NCBI GenBank assembly: GCA_963662465.1
Contig: OY759599.1
Coordinates: forward strand, 6,496,001 to 6,560,000
Source of the DNA: Desulfatiglandales bacterium
Lineage (GTDB): Bacteria > Desulfobacterota > DSM-4660 > Desulfatiglandales > Desulfatiglandaceae
DNA: 64,000 nucleotides
Direction: 5' to 3'
Part shown: positions 37,869-46,468 of the stretch, piece by piece
Layout: every line of letters begins with the position of its first letter
Position numbering within the stretch: the first letter of the stretch is position 1
Program-made: the position numbers and the translations under genes
The notes under the pieces: generated by a model
Databases searched by the model: none
The model's input: the letters and a program-made list of their open reading frames with translations, nothing else
What the model was told of the DNA's origin: nothing

Positions 37869-39771
37869 GTGCGCCTGTGAAGGCGCTTTATCAGTGCGGT
37901 GAAAGTCCGTACCGGAGTATGCCATAGCTCCGTAGCCGAAGGTAACTGCGTCGCCGCGAGGCGGGGTGGAGAGCAACCGGAGGCGAAAAGTCAGTCCGTA
38001 GGATGACGAACCCGATTCGGTGTCATGTGGTGGCGAGCCTACCGTTCCATGGTGAAGCCTGAAACTCACAGACCACGCTGTAATGGCGGTTAAAGCGATG
38101 GTTTGACGGCATGGTATGTTTGGGGTCGGAATGACTGGAAGGTAAAGCGAGATAAGCAGGGAGACCTGTCTCTTGGGGTGACAGGAGGCAGGAGTCAGAG
38201 TCCTCATAGTACCGTAGCGACAGAACGGTCCTGCTAACAAGGCTTACGGCGTGAGACCAGTACCCGCCGCCTGCGTCGGATACCGGGTTGTGAAAAGCGC
38301 GGATAGCAAAACCGTGCCGAGGGAAGGAGGATAGGAAGATAGATACGGAAAGGTCATATAGATGCAGCTAAATCAAGCAGTCTCGGCAGTGTTGGAAACA
38401 ACTAAACGCGAGGCAGAAACCCGATGGGATTGGGTGGAAGCATCGGTGTGGACGGAACGTATGTTGGCAGCCCTGGGTAACGGGGTGAAAGGTGGTAAAT
38501 GGTACAGTTTGATGGATAAGGTGTTCGCCTTGTCGACGCTGGAAGCGGCTTGGGGACGTGTCAAAGCCAATAAAGGAGCGGCAGGGATAGACCGTATCAG
38601 CATAAAGCGCTTTAAGGAGCAGGCGGAGAAATACCTTGCCGAACTGCATGAAACCTTGAAAGCGGGAACGTACCGACCGGAAGCGGTAAAACGGGTATAC
38701 ATTCCGAAAAGCGACGGCAAACAACGCCCGCTGGGGATACCCACGGTCAAAGACCGGGTAGTGCAGGCAGCGGTTAAAATGGTTATGGAGCCCATATTCG
38801 AGCATGAATTTCTGCCGATGAGTTACGGCTTCAGGCCGCAAAGAGGTTGCAAGGACGCGTTGCGAGAAGTAGACGCGCTTATTAAGGAAGGCTACACCTT
38901 CATACTGGACGCCGACCTGAAAAGTTACTTTGATACGATTCCGCACGATAAGCTGATGCAACAAGTCGAAATGCGCATCAGCGACGGCAAATTGCTCAAT
39001 CTGATTCAAATGTTCCTGAAACAGGACGTGATGGACGGCTTGGAAAGATGGACACCGACGGGTGGTTCGCCACAAGGGGCGGTAGTCAGCCCCTTGCTTG
39101 CGAATATTTACCTGCATCCTCTTGACAGCCTGATCGCGGAATCAGGTATGCGGATGGTGCGTTACGCGGACGACTTTGTTATCCTCAGCCGCAGTCAAAC
39201 GGAAGCGGAGAATGCTTTGCAAAAGGTACGGGAGTGGGTACAGGCTAATGACCTGAGCTTACACCCGGACAAGACGCATCTTGGCGACTGTCGACAAAAG
39301 GGTCAGGGATTTGAATTCCTGGGATACCGGTTTGAGGCAGGAAAGCGCTGGATACGCAGTAAAAGCCGTAAAGCCCTTCGTGATAAAATCCGGGAAGAGA
39401 CCCGGCGCAAACGTAGCGGAAGTATGGAAAGCATCATTGATGATCTGAACCCCATGCTTGAAGGCTGGTTTGGTTACTTCAAACACGCCTACCGCACTGA
39501 GTTTGCGGCGGTGGATAAGTTTGTCCGCCGACGCTTACGCGCCGTATTATTGCGTCGTAACAAACGCAAGGGCTGGGGCAAAAGCCTTGAAGCCCACCGC
39601 CGCTGGCCGAATGCCTACTTCGCGAAAATCGGGCTTTTCACTATGCATGAGGCCCGGTTAGCAGCGTGCCGATCCCGATGAGGAAACTATCGACCGGAGA
39701 GCCGTGTGCGGGAGAACCGCATGCACGGTTCGGAGGGAGGGGAGAGCCCAGAGGCTCTTTCCTACCCCTAT
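37869..39771 (+). mobile_element. Group II intron, apparently complete
   Basis: 5' GTGCG at 37869; domain V gagccgtgtgcgggagaaccgcatgcacggttc with AGC triad; domain VI ending cctacccctAT at 39771; EBS1 cgttcc (38043-38048) complementary to 5' exon ggaacg; RT ORF inside. Confidence 0.93.
38362..39681 (+). CDS. ltrA: Group II intron reverse transcriptase/maturase without endonuclease domain
   Basis: GAAGID, RPLGIPTVKDRVVQ, SYGFRP, DADLKSYFDTIPH, GSPQGAVVSPLLANIYL, RYADDF, FEFLGY, domain X (GWFGYF); 439 aa, no HNH. Confidence 0.95.
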   Translation: MQLNQAVSAVLETTKREAETRWDWVEASVWTERMLAALGNGVKGGKWYSLMDKVFALSTLEAAWGRVKANKGAAGIDRISIKRFKEQAEKYLAELHETLKAGTYRPEAVKRVYIPKSDGKQRPLGIPTVKDRVVQAAVKMVMEPIFEHEFLPMSYGFRPQRGCKDALREVDALIKEGYTFILDADLKSYFDTIPHDKLMQQVEMRISDGKLLNLIQMFLKQDVMDGLERWTPTGGSPQGAVVSPLLANIYLHPLDSLIAESGMRMVRYADDFVILSRSQTEAENALQKVREWVQANDLSLHPDKTHLGDCRQKGQGFEFLGYRFEAGKRWIRSKSRKALRDKIREETRRKRSGSMESIIDDLNPMLEGWFGYFKHAYRTEFAAVDKFVRRRLRAVLLRRNKRKGWGKSLEAHRRWPNAYFAKIGLFTMHEARLAACRSR

Positions 39772-39797
39772 AGTGCGAAAGCGAAGTCAGTAGCGAT

Positions 39798-39824
39798 TTT
39801 CACGTTAATCCGCGGTGAGCCAAT
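39798..39824 (+). repeat. 27-bp direct repeat of 43142-43168 (right arm of a hairpin element)
   Basis: tttcacgttaatccgcggtgagccaat vs tttcacgttaatccgtgatgaaccgat; first 15 nt identical, 4 mismatches in 27. Confidence 0.8.
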
Positions 39825-39933
39825 CTTTTTTTCAATTTTAATGAAGGATGCGGAATTATGTTGGGATTGATAACCGCAATTTTTTAAATCCTCACAAGAG
39901 GACCCCATAATCTTCTGTGATCCTCTGTTTTTC

Positions 39934-39968
39934 AACCGTAAACCGGCAACCGTAAACCGTGAACGGTT
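39934..39968. repeat. Heptamer array (AACCGTR-like)x5 abutting the cyclase stop codon
   Basis: aaccgta aaccggc aaccgta aaccgtg aacggtt. Confidence 0.85.
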
Positions 39969-42900
39969 ACTTCTTAGTCAACCGACAAACACAATCCCAC
40001 TGCTCCCCGGGAGCTACCGGTGGATTCCCTTTAAACGCCCGGCATCGATCAATATACACCTGGGAAGGCGTGGTTTTTCCATCGGGAACCCGTTCCATTT
40101 TCAGGGCTTCCTCAAAGCGGGCGATGGCCAGGTCCCATGCCATATCGAAATAATGGGCCATTCCCAGGTCAAACACCTTTATTAAATCTTTTTCCGCATC
40201 GGTGAGGCCCCCTTTCATGGCGCAAAGCTCATAGACCCGTACCGGTTCGGACTTTCCCACGACGGCAATGGTGTCAATAAAACGGACTTCCACCAGGTCA
40301 AACACCTGTTTCGTGTTGCCGTCCTCATCCGTGATTCCCCTCTGAAGGGTATCGTGGCTCACCAGGATGTACACGCCGTACTGTTTGCCCGCCTCCTCCA
40401 GCCGTGCCGCCAGGTTTACGGGATCCCCCATCATGGTGTAGTTCATCCGCATGGCGCTTCCCATATTGCCCACCACGATTTCACCCGTATTGATTCCGAT
40501 GCGCATCTTCATGGTGTGAACGATTGCCGGCCATTTGTCCCCCGGCTTCCACTCGTCCGTATTTAATTTCTTGGTGTTGCGATCCGGATCATTGGGGTTT
40601 TGTTTTTCATTTCGCCATCTTTCGCAAAGCACCGTGAGTTGTCGCTGCATGGAAACCGCCACCCGGCAGGCTCTGAGTGCGTGGTCGGGAACCGCCATGG
40701 GCGCCCCGAAAAAAGCGATGATGGCATCTCCCTCGTATTTGTCCAGGGTTCCCATTTCATTGATCAGAATATCCGTCATGACGGAAAGGTAGTCGTTGAT
40801 GAGTTCCACCAACTGGTTGGCGGTCAATTTCTCGGAGAAAGTTGAAAATCCCTGAATATCGGTGAAATAGGCGGTAATGGGCCGCGCTTCCCCTCCCAGG
40901 GTGGGCATGGTTTTGTTTTTGTACATTTCGTCAATAATCTCAGGCGCAAGATAGCTGGAGAAGGTGGTCTTCAGAAATTTTTTGTCTTTCTGCTCCGTCA
41001 AAACCTTAAATACGATGATGCCCCCGAATATCATGACGTTTGAAAAAACGAGCGGCGTGGTGGTCAAAAACAGATTTGATAAGCTGAAAAGGGCAAAACT
41101 GACGATCAGGGTCCCGAGTAAAACCGTGATAAAGATAGCGCTGCCGATGCGAATACTGGTGAACCCGTAAATCAAACAGCAGAAGAGGCAAAGCCCCAGA
41201 AGTACCAACAAATCAAAATGGGGAATATCCCGAGAAAGGGTCAGCTCGTTTCGGGTAATGATCGTATTAAATGCGTTGATCAGGGTGTTAATGCCGGTCA
41301 TGGCGCCGTAAGGGGTTTGTTGGATATCTCCCAGTATTCGCGCCGTTGCGCCGGTAAATACAAACTTGTTGTAATAGCGTTTAAACTGTTCAGTATAGGC
41401 GTCCATGAGGGCCGCCGCCACCGATTTTTCGCTCAGAAAATAAGCCGGATCTTGCCCAGCCGCCATGCCGAAATCGGGGTATTGGTCAATGAGGGTTCGC
41501 AAAGTGCCGGGTGCGGCATCGAGGTTCATGAAATAGTAGGCATAAAAAAAATATTTCCCATTTTCAGGATAGCGATTCAGGTACTCCCGTAAACGAGCAT
41601 CATCCTGTACTTCATCACCCAGATCCCGGGCGGCCTGATTGAAGATATGGTAGGATTTTTCTTCACAAAAGGCAAAAAACCATTCTTCAAGGGCACGGGT
41701 GTCATAACCCGCCTCGATGTTGCCCGAAGCATCCAGCACCGGAATTTCAGGCATGGCATCCATGGCATATATTTTGCTGTAGCTCTTTGTGGGTACGGTG
41801 TTGAACATCTCGGGCGCCCCGGTCCTGGCATCGATGAAATACCGTTTTTCGGTGCCTGAATAGTTGATGTAGCCGAATCCCGGCACCGGGGTTTGGATTT
41901 CGATGGTCCCTTTTTCATAAACAACCAGATGAATCCGGTTTGCCTCGCCTTTCTGAGCCGCGTCAAAGATCTCCCAACCCTTCAGAATTTTAAAGCCCCC
42001 GGTTTCTTTCAGCACATGGAGGGGGAAATCCGGCGTTTTTTTCCCGGGCTTGGTTTCCATCCGAAGCCGGTTTGAGAGTAAGGCAAACAGGTTTCGGTTA
42101 TATGGGTATTCCTTGGGCGGCGCCGGGTTCAGAATTTTATTTTTTAACCATTTAAAATCCTTTTCAAACAGCTCGAGCCGGCGGGTCGATGGATCCAGCA
42201 CCGGAATATTTGCCGAAGAAAAAACGACTTTGTCCCGTTCTATTGAAACATCTTCATTGGCGACACGATAATATCGCTTCACCAGAACAAGGGTGGCTGT
42301 AAACAGGTTTCGAGCGGTTCCATCGCTCATTTTGTAGGTATAGTAAAGGGGGAACATACGGGTTACGCCATCGTCGTCTGAAAGGACATTGACGATGGCC
42401 GGTTGCGCGTTGGATATGAATTCGCTCAACACCGGTTCAAGGGAGTGAAAGACCAGAAGACTGCTGTTGTTTTTTAAAGGCAGTGAATAGTTTTTTAGAA
42501 TTTCTTCATTGAAGAGAATGCGGTTCAGGTAGGCTTTGGGAAGATCCGGCCGGGGGTGTTCCACCAACTGAACATCCAGAAACACATTGTGGTATTTTTC
42601 AAGGGTTTTGGAAAAGGCCTTGTCCATTTCACCAAAGGCGTTTTCCACTTTTTGTAGAAGTTCCGGTTCAGATGTCAATTTTTCCGACAGAAACGGGGGA
42701 GTGGTTTCACTCTTTACAAAGACCACATCAAACATCACCGTTCTGGGGGAAAATTTTTCCAGATTCTCCAGCATTTGCGCATGAACATCCCGTTTCCAGG
42801 GCCATTTTCCAATGGCAGCAATGGAATCTTCATCAAACCCCAGGAGGATCACCTCCTGGCTTACCAGGGGGTTGGGTTCGTGGATCTCGGGTTCCCGCAT

Positions 42901-43026
42901 GAAAAAGAGGCCGTTTATCAGGTTCCGTTCGATTCCCAGAAAAAGCCGTGTTTGTGAAGAGATGAAATGTACCACGGTAAAGATGGACAGGCCGATCAGC
43001 AGGACTATGATGGCTTTTTTCAGCAT
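39967..43026 (-). CDS. CHASE2-domain class III adenylate cyclase
   Basis: N-terminal TM; CHASE2 (DEDSIAAIGKWPWKR, FDVVF, DDDGVTR, TPYG); 3 TM; FTDIQGFST, LDKYEGDA, YTMMGDPVNLAARLE; TPR-like tail; RBS AAGGGG before ATG 43026. Confidence 0.9.
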   Translation of the reverse strand: MLKKAIIVLLIGLSIFTVVHFISSQTRLFLGIERNLINGLFFMREPEIHEPNPLVSQEVILLGFDEDSIAAIGKWPWKRDVHAQMLENLEKFSPRTVMFDVVFVKSETTPPFLSEKLTSEPELLQKVENAFGEMDKAFSKTLEKYHNVFLDVQLVEHPRPDLPKAYLNRILFNEEILKNYSLPLKNNSSLLVFHSLEPVLSEFISNAQPAIVNVLSDDDGVTRMFPLYYTYKMSDGTARNLFTATLVLVKRYYRVANEDVSIERDKVVFSSANIPVLDPSTRRLELFEKDFKWLKNKILNPAPPKEYPYNRNLFALLSNRLRMETKPGKKTPDFPLHVLKETGGFKILKGWEIFDAAQKGEANRIHLVVYEKGTIEIQTPVPGFGYINYSGTEKRYFIDARTGAPEMFNTVPTKSYSKIYAMDAMPEIPVLDASGNIEAGYDTRALEEWFFAFCEEKSYHIFNQAARDLGDEVQDDARLREYLNRYPENGKYFFYAYYFMNLDAAPGTLRTLIDQYPDFGMAAGQDPAYFLSEKSVAAALMDAYTEQFKRYYNKFVFTGATARILGDIQQTPYGAMTGINTLINAFNTIITRNELTLSRDIPHFDLLVLLGLCLFCCLIYGFTSIRIGSAIFITVLLGTLIVSFALFSLSNLFLTTTPLVFSNVMIFGGIIVFKVLTEQKDKKFLKTTFSSYLAPEIIDEMYKNKTMPTLGGEARPITAYFTDIQGFSTFSEKLTANQLVELINDYLSVMTDILINEMGTLDKYEGDAIIAFFGAPMAVPDHALRACRVAVSMQRQLTVLCERWRNEKQNPNDPDRNTKKLNTDEWKPGDKWPAIVHTMKMRIGINTGEIVVGNMGSAMRMNYTMMGDPVNLAARLEEAGKQYGVYILVSHDTLQRGITDEDGNTKQVFDLVEVRFIDTIAVVGKSEPVRVYELCAMKGGLTDAEKDLIKVFDLGMAHYFDMAWDLAIARFEEALKMERVPDGKTTPSQVYIDRCRAFKGNPPVAPGEQWDCVCRLTKK

Positions 43027-43079
43027 GGTATGCACCCCTTGTATTTGGCTGAATTTGGAATACCCTTTTTCAATAAAAT

Positions 43080-43168
43080 ATCGGCTCATCGTGGGTTCGC
43101 GTGAGATTTGGCTTCTGAACCGAAACAATCTTAAAGCACGATTTCACGTTAATCCGTGATGAACCGAT
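43080..43168 (+). repeat. Imperfect 28-bp inverted repeat (hairpin element)
   Basis: atcggctcatcgtgggttcgcgtgagat (43080-43107) pairs with atttcacgttaatccgtgatgaaccgat (43141-43168): 21 WC, 5 G-T, 2 mismatches. Confidence 0.75.
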
Positions 43169-43218
43169 AGTATTTTATGAAAAATACTTGTTTGTCAAGA
43201 ATCATGATGGTATAGGGC

Positions 43219-43239
43219 GAGTGACAAGTGACAAGTGGC
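43219..43239 (+). repeat. Heptamer array (RAGTGRC)x3 upstream of the radical SAM gene
   Basis: gagtgac aagtgac aagtggc. Confidence 0.7.
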
Positions 43240-43248
43240 GGGTAATAG

Positions 43249-44682
43249 GTGACTAAGAATCAAAAATACCGAATTTTATTGCTTAACCCTCCCCATCCCA
43301 TGGGAAAGGGTTTTACCCGGGAGGGTCGCTGCACCCAGGAATCCGGGGTCTGGGCCACCCAATGGCCACCCGTCTCCCTGGCGACCACGGCCGCCCTTCT
43401 GGAACAGGACGGGCATGGGGTCAGGGTTCTGGATTGCCCGGCAATCGCCATGGATTCCAAAGACCTTGAAGCTGTGGTCCACGTTTTTCGACCCGACTTT
43501 GTTTTTCTGAACACCGCTACCCCCACTCTGCCCCACGACCTGGACATGGCCGGATTGATGAAAAAAACCGTGCCGGAAGTTACAACCGGGGTTATGGGCA
43601 CCCATGTGAGCGCCATGCCCCATGTGGCGCTGGCCCATCCATCCGTCGATATGGTCGTCCACTGGGAACCGGAAGAAACCATTCAAGCCGTATGCCGTCA
43701 ACCAAACCGGAAATGGAACGACATTGCAGGCTTGTCTTTTAGAGATGCAAAAACCGGAAAAACCCGCCACAATAAACCCAGAGCGTTCATTTCCCCGGAA
43801 AACATTCCGTCCCCGGCCTGGGGTTACCTCGATCTTGCGCCTTACCGCCTGCCCCTCAAGGGGGCCCCGTTTCTCATTGTCGCACCTGTCCGGGGTTGTC
43901 CCTATCCGTGCAGCTTTTGTACGGCGCCCCTGTACTATGGAAAAAAGCTGCGTAAACGTCCCGTTGAAGACGTGGTGGGTGAAATCGAGGACAATCTCCG
44001 TCGATTCGGCGTGCGGGACTTTTTTGTATGGGCCGACACCTTTACGGCTGACAAGACTTATGTTGAACAGTTTTCAAGATCAATTGTGACTCGAAAACTG
44101 AACATCGCCTGGACCTGCAACAGCCGTGTGGATACGGTGGACAGGAATATGCTCGCCCTGATGAAGCAGGCGGGTCTCTGGATGATCAGTTTCGGCCTTG
44201 AATCGGGGAACGACGTCGTGCTGAAACGCTCGGGAAAACACATCACCGTAAACCAATCCAGAAACGCTGTGGGCATGGCCCATGATCTGGGCATCAAAAC
44301 ATCCGGGCATTTCATCCTGGGGCTTCCCGGGGAAACACCTAACAGCATGGCGGACACTCTCTCCCTTTCCCTTTCCCTTCCCCTTGACATTGCCCAGTTT
44401 TATGCGGCAGCTCCGTTTCCGGGCACACGCCTTTTTGATGAGGCGCACAGGGAGGGATGGCTGAACGAAGCGTCCCTGTTTTCCCAAAGCTATTCCACCA
44501 TGGCCCTGCCCGGTCTTTCCGTAGACCAGGTGGATTTGTTTCGTCGACATGCCTATCGATCCTTTTATGGAAGGCCCAAGGCGCTTCTGAACCTTTTGGC
44601 CATGGTCGACCCCAGGGCCATACGGCATATTTTAAAAAGCCTCTTTCAATTCCTAAGATGGACAAAAGTACCGGCGGTTTAG
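43249..44682 (+). CDS. Cobalamin-binding radical SAM protein (BchE/HpnJ-like family)
   Basis: LLLNPP, WPPVSL, GTHVS B12-binding region; RGCPYPCSFC; GLESG; FILGLPGET; PFPGT. Confidence 0.88.
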   Translation: MTKNQKYRILLLNPPHPMGKGFTREGRCTQESGVWATQWPPVSLATTAALLEQDGHGVRVLDCPAIAMDSKDLEAVVHVFRPDFVFLNTATPTLPHDLDMAGLMKKTVPEVTTGVMGTHVSAMPHVALAHPSVDMVVHWEPEETIQAVCRQPNRKWNDIAGLSFRDAKTGKTRHNKPRAFISPENIPSPAWGYLDLAPYRLPLKGAPFLIVAPVRGCPYPCSFCTAPLYYGKKLRKRPVEDVVGEIEDNLRRFGVRDFFVWADTFTADKTYVEQFSRSIVTRKLNIAWTCNSRVDTVDRNMLALMKQAGLWMISFGLESGNDVVLKRSGKHITVNQSRNAVGMAHDLGIKTSGHFILGLPGETPNSMADTLSLSLSLPLDIAQFYAAAPFPGTRLFDEAHREGWLNEASLFSQSYSTMALPGLSVDQVDLFRRHAYRSFYGRPKALLNLLAMVDPRAIRHILKSLFQFLRWTKVPAV

Positions 44683-44703
44683 GGAGATGGTCTCTCATGC
44701 TTC

Positions 44704-44722
44704 GTCACTCTTCACTTTTCAC
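44704..44722 (-). repeat. Heptamer array (reverse of the RAGTGAM family) after the radical SAM gene
   Basis: gtcactc ttcactt ttcac. Confidence 0.7.
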
Positions 44723-44737
44723 CAAATAAGGGAAACC

Positions 44738-46468
44738 ATGTCTAACAACTATATTTTAGGCATCTGGGATGGCCATGATGCAGGAGCTTCCCTTATCAAG
44801 GAAAAACAGGTGGTTTTTGCCATAAATGAGGAAAGGTTGACCCGTCGAAAGCTGGAGGTGGGGTTTCCCCGCCTTTCCATTCAGGCTTGCCTCGCTCATG
44901 CTGACATCCCCCCCTCCGCGGTTAAACACATTGCCCTTTCCACAACAGACCCCGCCAAAACCCTGACCCGGCTGGCGCCCCGTCTAAAGGAGGCGTATTA
45001 TCTTATCCGGCGACGGAAAAAAAGACCGGGGATTCTGGACCCCTTTAAAAAGGGCTTTAAATACCGATTTACCGAATTGCCGCCCAATCGGTTATCTCGC
45101 CGCTTGACCCGGGACCACATTCAAAAGACGCTCAAGGCCGAAGGGTTCTGTGATTTCCAGCTTTTTCTACTGGATCATCACCGCTGTCACGCCGAGGCCG
45201 CGGCACGGTTCAGCGGTTTTGAACGTTGTCTCGTCCTAACCCTGGATGGGGTGGGTGATGGCCTTTCAGGCAGCATCTGGCAGTTTCAACGTCCCCAGCT
45301 GACGCTTGTGAAGCGCATTCCGGCAACGGTTTCTCTGGGGATTTTTTTTGAACATGTGACCAACCTCATGAATATGCGGGAGCTGGAAGACGAAGGAAAG
45401 GTCATGGCCCTGGCCAATTATGCCTACCCCATCGACGATGGGGACAATCCGTTGATGAAACTGATTGCGGTCCGAGGCCTGGATCTGATTTCCCCCTATA
45501 ACTCGACGGCCCTTTACCGAAAAATGAAAAAAATCCTGTGGCAGTTCCCTTCGGAACAGTTTGCCTTCATGGCTCAGCGGACCCTGGAAACAAAGGTTTT
45601 AGCCCTGGTTCAAAATGCCCTTTCCGTCACCGGAGAAAAGGATGTGGCTCTGGCAGGCGGAATTTTTTCCAATATCAAGCTCAATATGAAAATCGAATCC
45701 CTGGAAACCACAAAGCATGTCTTTGCCTTTCCCCACATGGGCGATGGTGGACTTGCCCTGGGAGCTGCCGTCGCCGCCAATTACGAAAATGCGGGGGTGA
45801 CAAAGTACGCTTTCACAACCCCCTGCCTGGGCCCCGCATTTTCAAAGGAAAGTATCCTGAACTCTCTTAATCGATGGCCTTTCCCCTACACGCTTTTGGA
45901 AGATCCCGCAAAACGCGCCGCCGAAATCCTGCTTAAGGGAGAGATTATTCTATGGTTTCGGGGACGAATGGAAATGGGCCCCAGAGCACTGGGGAATCGC
46001 AGTATTCTGGCCAGGCCCGACCAACAGGATATCAAGGACCGGCTTAACCTGGTCTTGAAAAAGAGGGTTTGGTACCAACCCTTCTGCCCCAGCCTTTTGG
46101 AAGACGACGCCCATGCGCTCCTTCACCTGGATAACCGGGACATTGCCGACAATCGTTTCATGACCACCGGGTTCAGGGTCAGAAAGGAATATTTGTCGCT
46201 AATGGCCGGGGTCATCAATGTGGATGGCACTTGCCGACCCCATTTTGTGGGAAAGGAAAACCCCGTTTACCGGGATTTGCTGCGTCACCTTAAAAAGGAA
46301 TTGGGTTTGGGCGTAGTCTTGAACACCAGCTTCAATATTCACGGAGAACCCATTGTCTGTACGCCGGATGATGCCTTGGAGATGTTTCGGAGGACAAGGA
46401 TATCGCATTTGTTTTTGGAAGATTTTTTGGTTGAGAAGGGAAAAGAAGGAAGCCCGGGATGCCTTTAA
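44738..46468 (+). CDS. Carbamoyltransferase (NodU/CmcH/TobZ family)
   Basis: HDAGA, EERLTRRK, HHRCH, DGVGD, EGKVMALA, LAGG, GDGG, EMGPRALGNRS, QPFCP, DGTCR, LNTSFNIHGEPIV. Confidence 0.92.
   Translation: MSNNYILGIWDGHDAGASLIKEKQVVFAINEERLTRRKLEVGFPRLSIQACLAHADIPPSAVKHIALSTTDPAKTLTRLAPRLKEAYYLIRRRKKRPGILDPFKKGFKYRFTELPPNRLSRRLTRDHIQKTLKAEGFCDFQLFLLDHHRCHAEAAARFSGFERCLVLTLDGVGDGLSGSIWQFQRPQLTLVKRIPATVSLGIFFEHVTNLMNMRELEDEGKVMALANYAYPIDDGDNPLMKLIAVRGLDLISPYNSTALYRKMKKILWQFPSEQFAFMAQRTLETKVLALVQNALSVTGEKDVALAGGIFSNIKLNMKIESLETTKHVFAFPHMGDGGLALGAAVAANYENAGVTKYAFTTPCLGPAFSKESILNSLNRWPFPYTLLEDPAKRAAEILLKGEIILWFRGRMEMGPRALGNRSILARPDQQDIKDRLNLVLKKRVWYQPFCPSLLEDDAHALLHLDNRDIADNRFMTTGFRVRKEYLSLMAGVINVDGTCRPHFVGKENPVYRDLLRHLKKELGLGVVLNTSFNIHGEPIVCTPDDALEMFRRTRISHLFLEDFLVEKGKEGSPGCL

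Noticed and set aside
37689..38240. 183-aa minus-strand ORF
   Set aside because: Antisense to the intron RNA domains and the REP doublet; no protein motifs.
38362..39681. RT as part of a DGR, retron or defence RT system
   Set aside because: It has RT0 and domain X and lies inside a full group II intron with domains V and VI; no template/variable repeat pair or msr-msd was seen.
37869..39771. Classifying the intron as class IIC because it follows a hairpin
   Set aside because: Domain V has an AGC triad rather than CGC and EBS1-IBS1 pairing is 6 nt; class left unassigned without a phylogeny.
43027..43128. N-terminal extensions given by the ORF track (cyclase; also 44687, 48530, 49516, 60727, 35526)
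   Set aside because: They run through repeats or intergenic DNA; downstream ATGs have RBSs and begin with signal peptides or domain starts.
39798..43168. Integron cassette with attC sites
   Set aside because: The repeats lack clear RYYYAAC/GTTRRRY core ends and no integron integrase is present.
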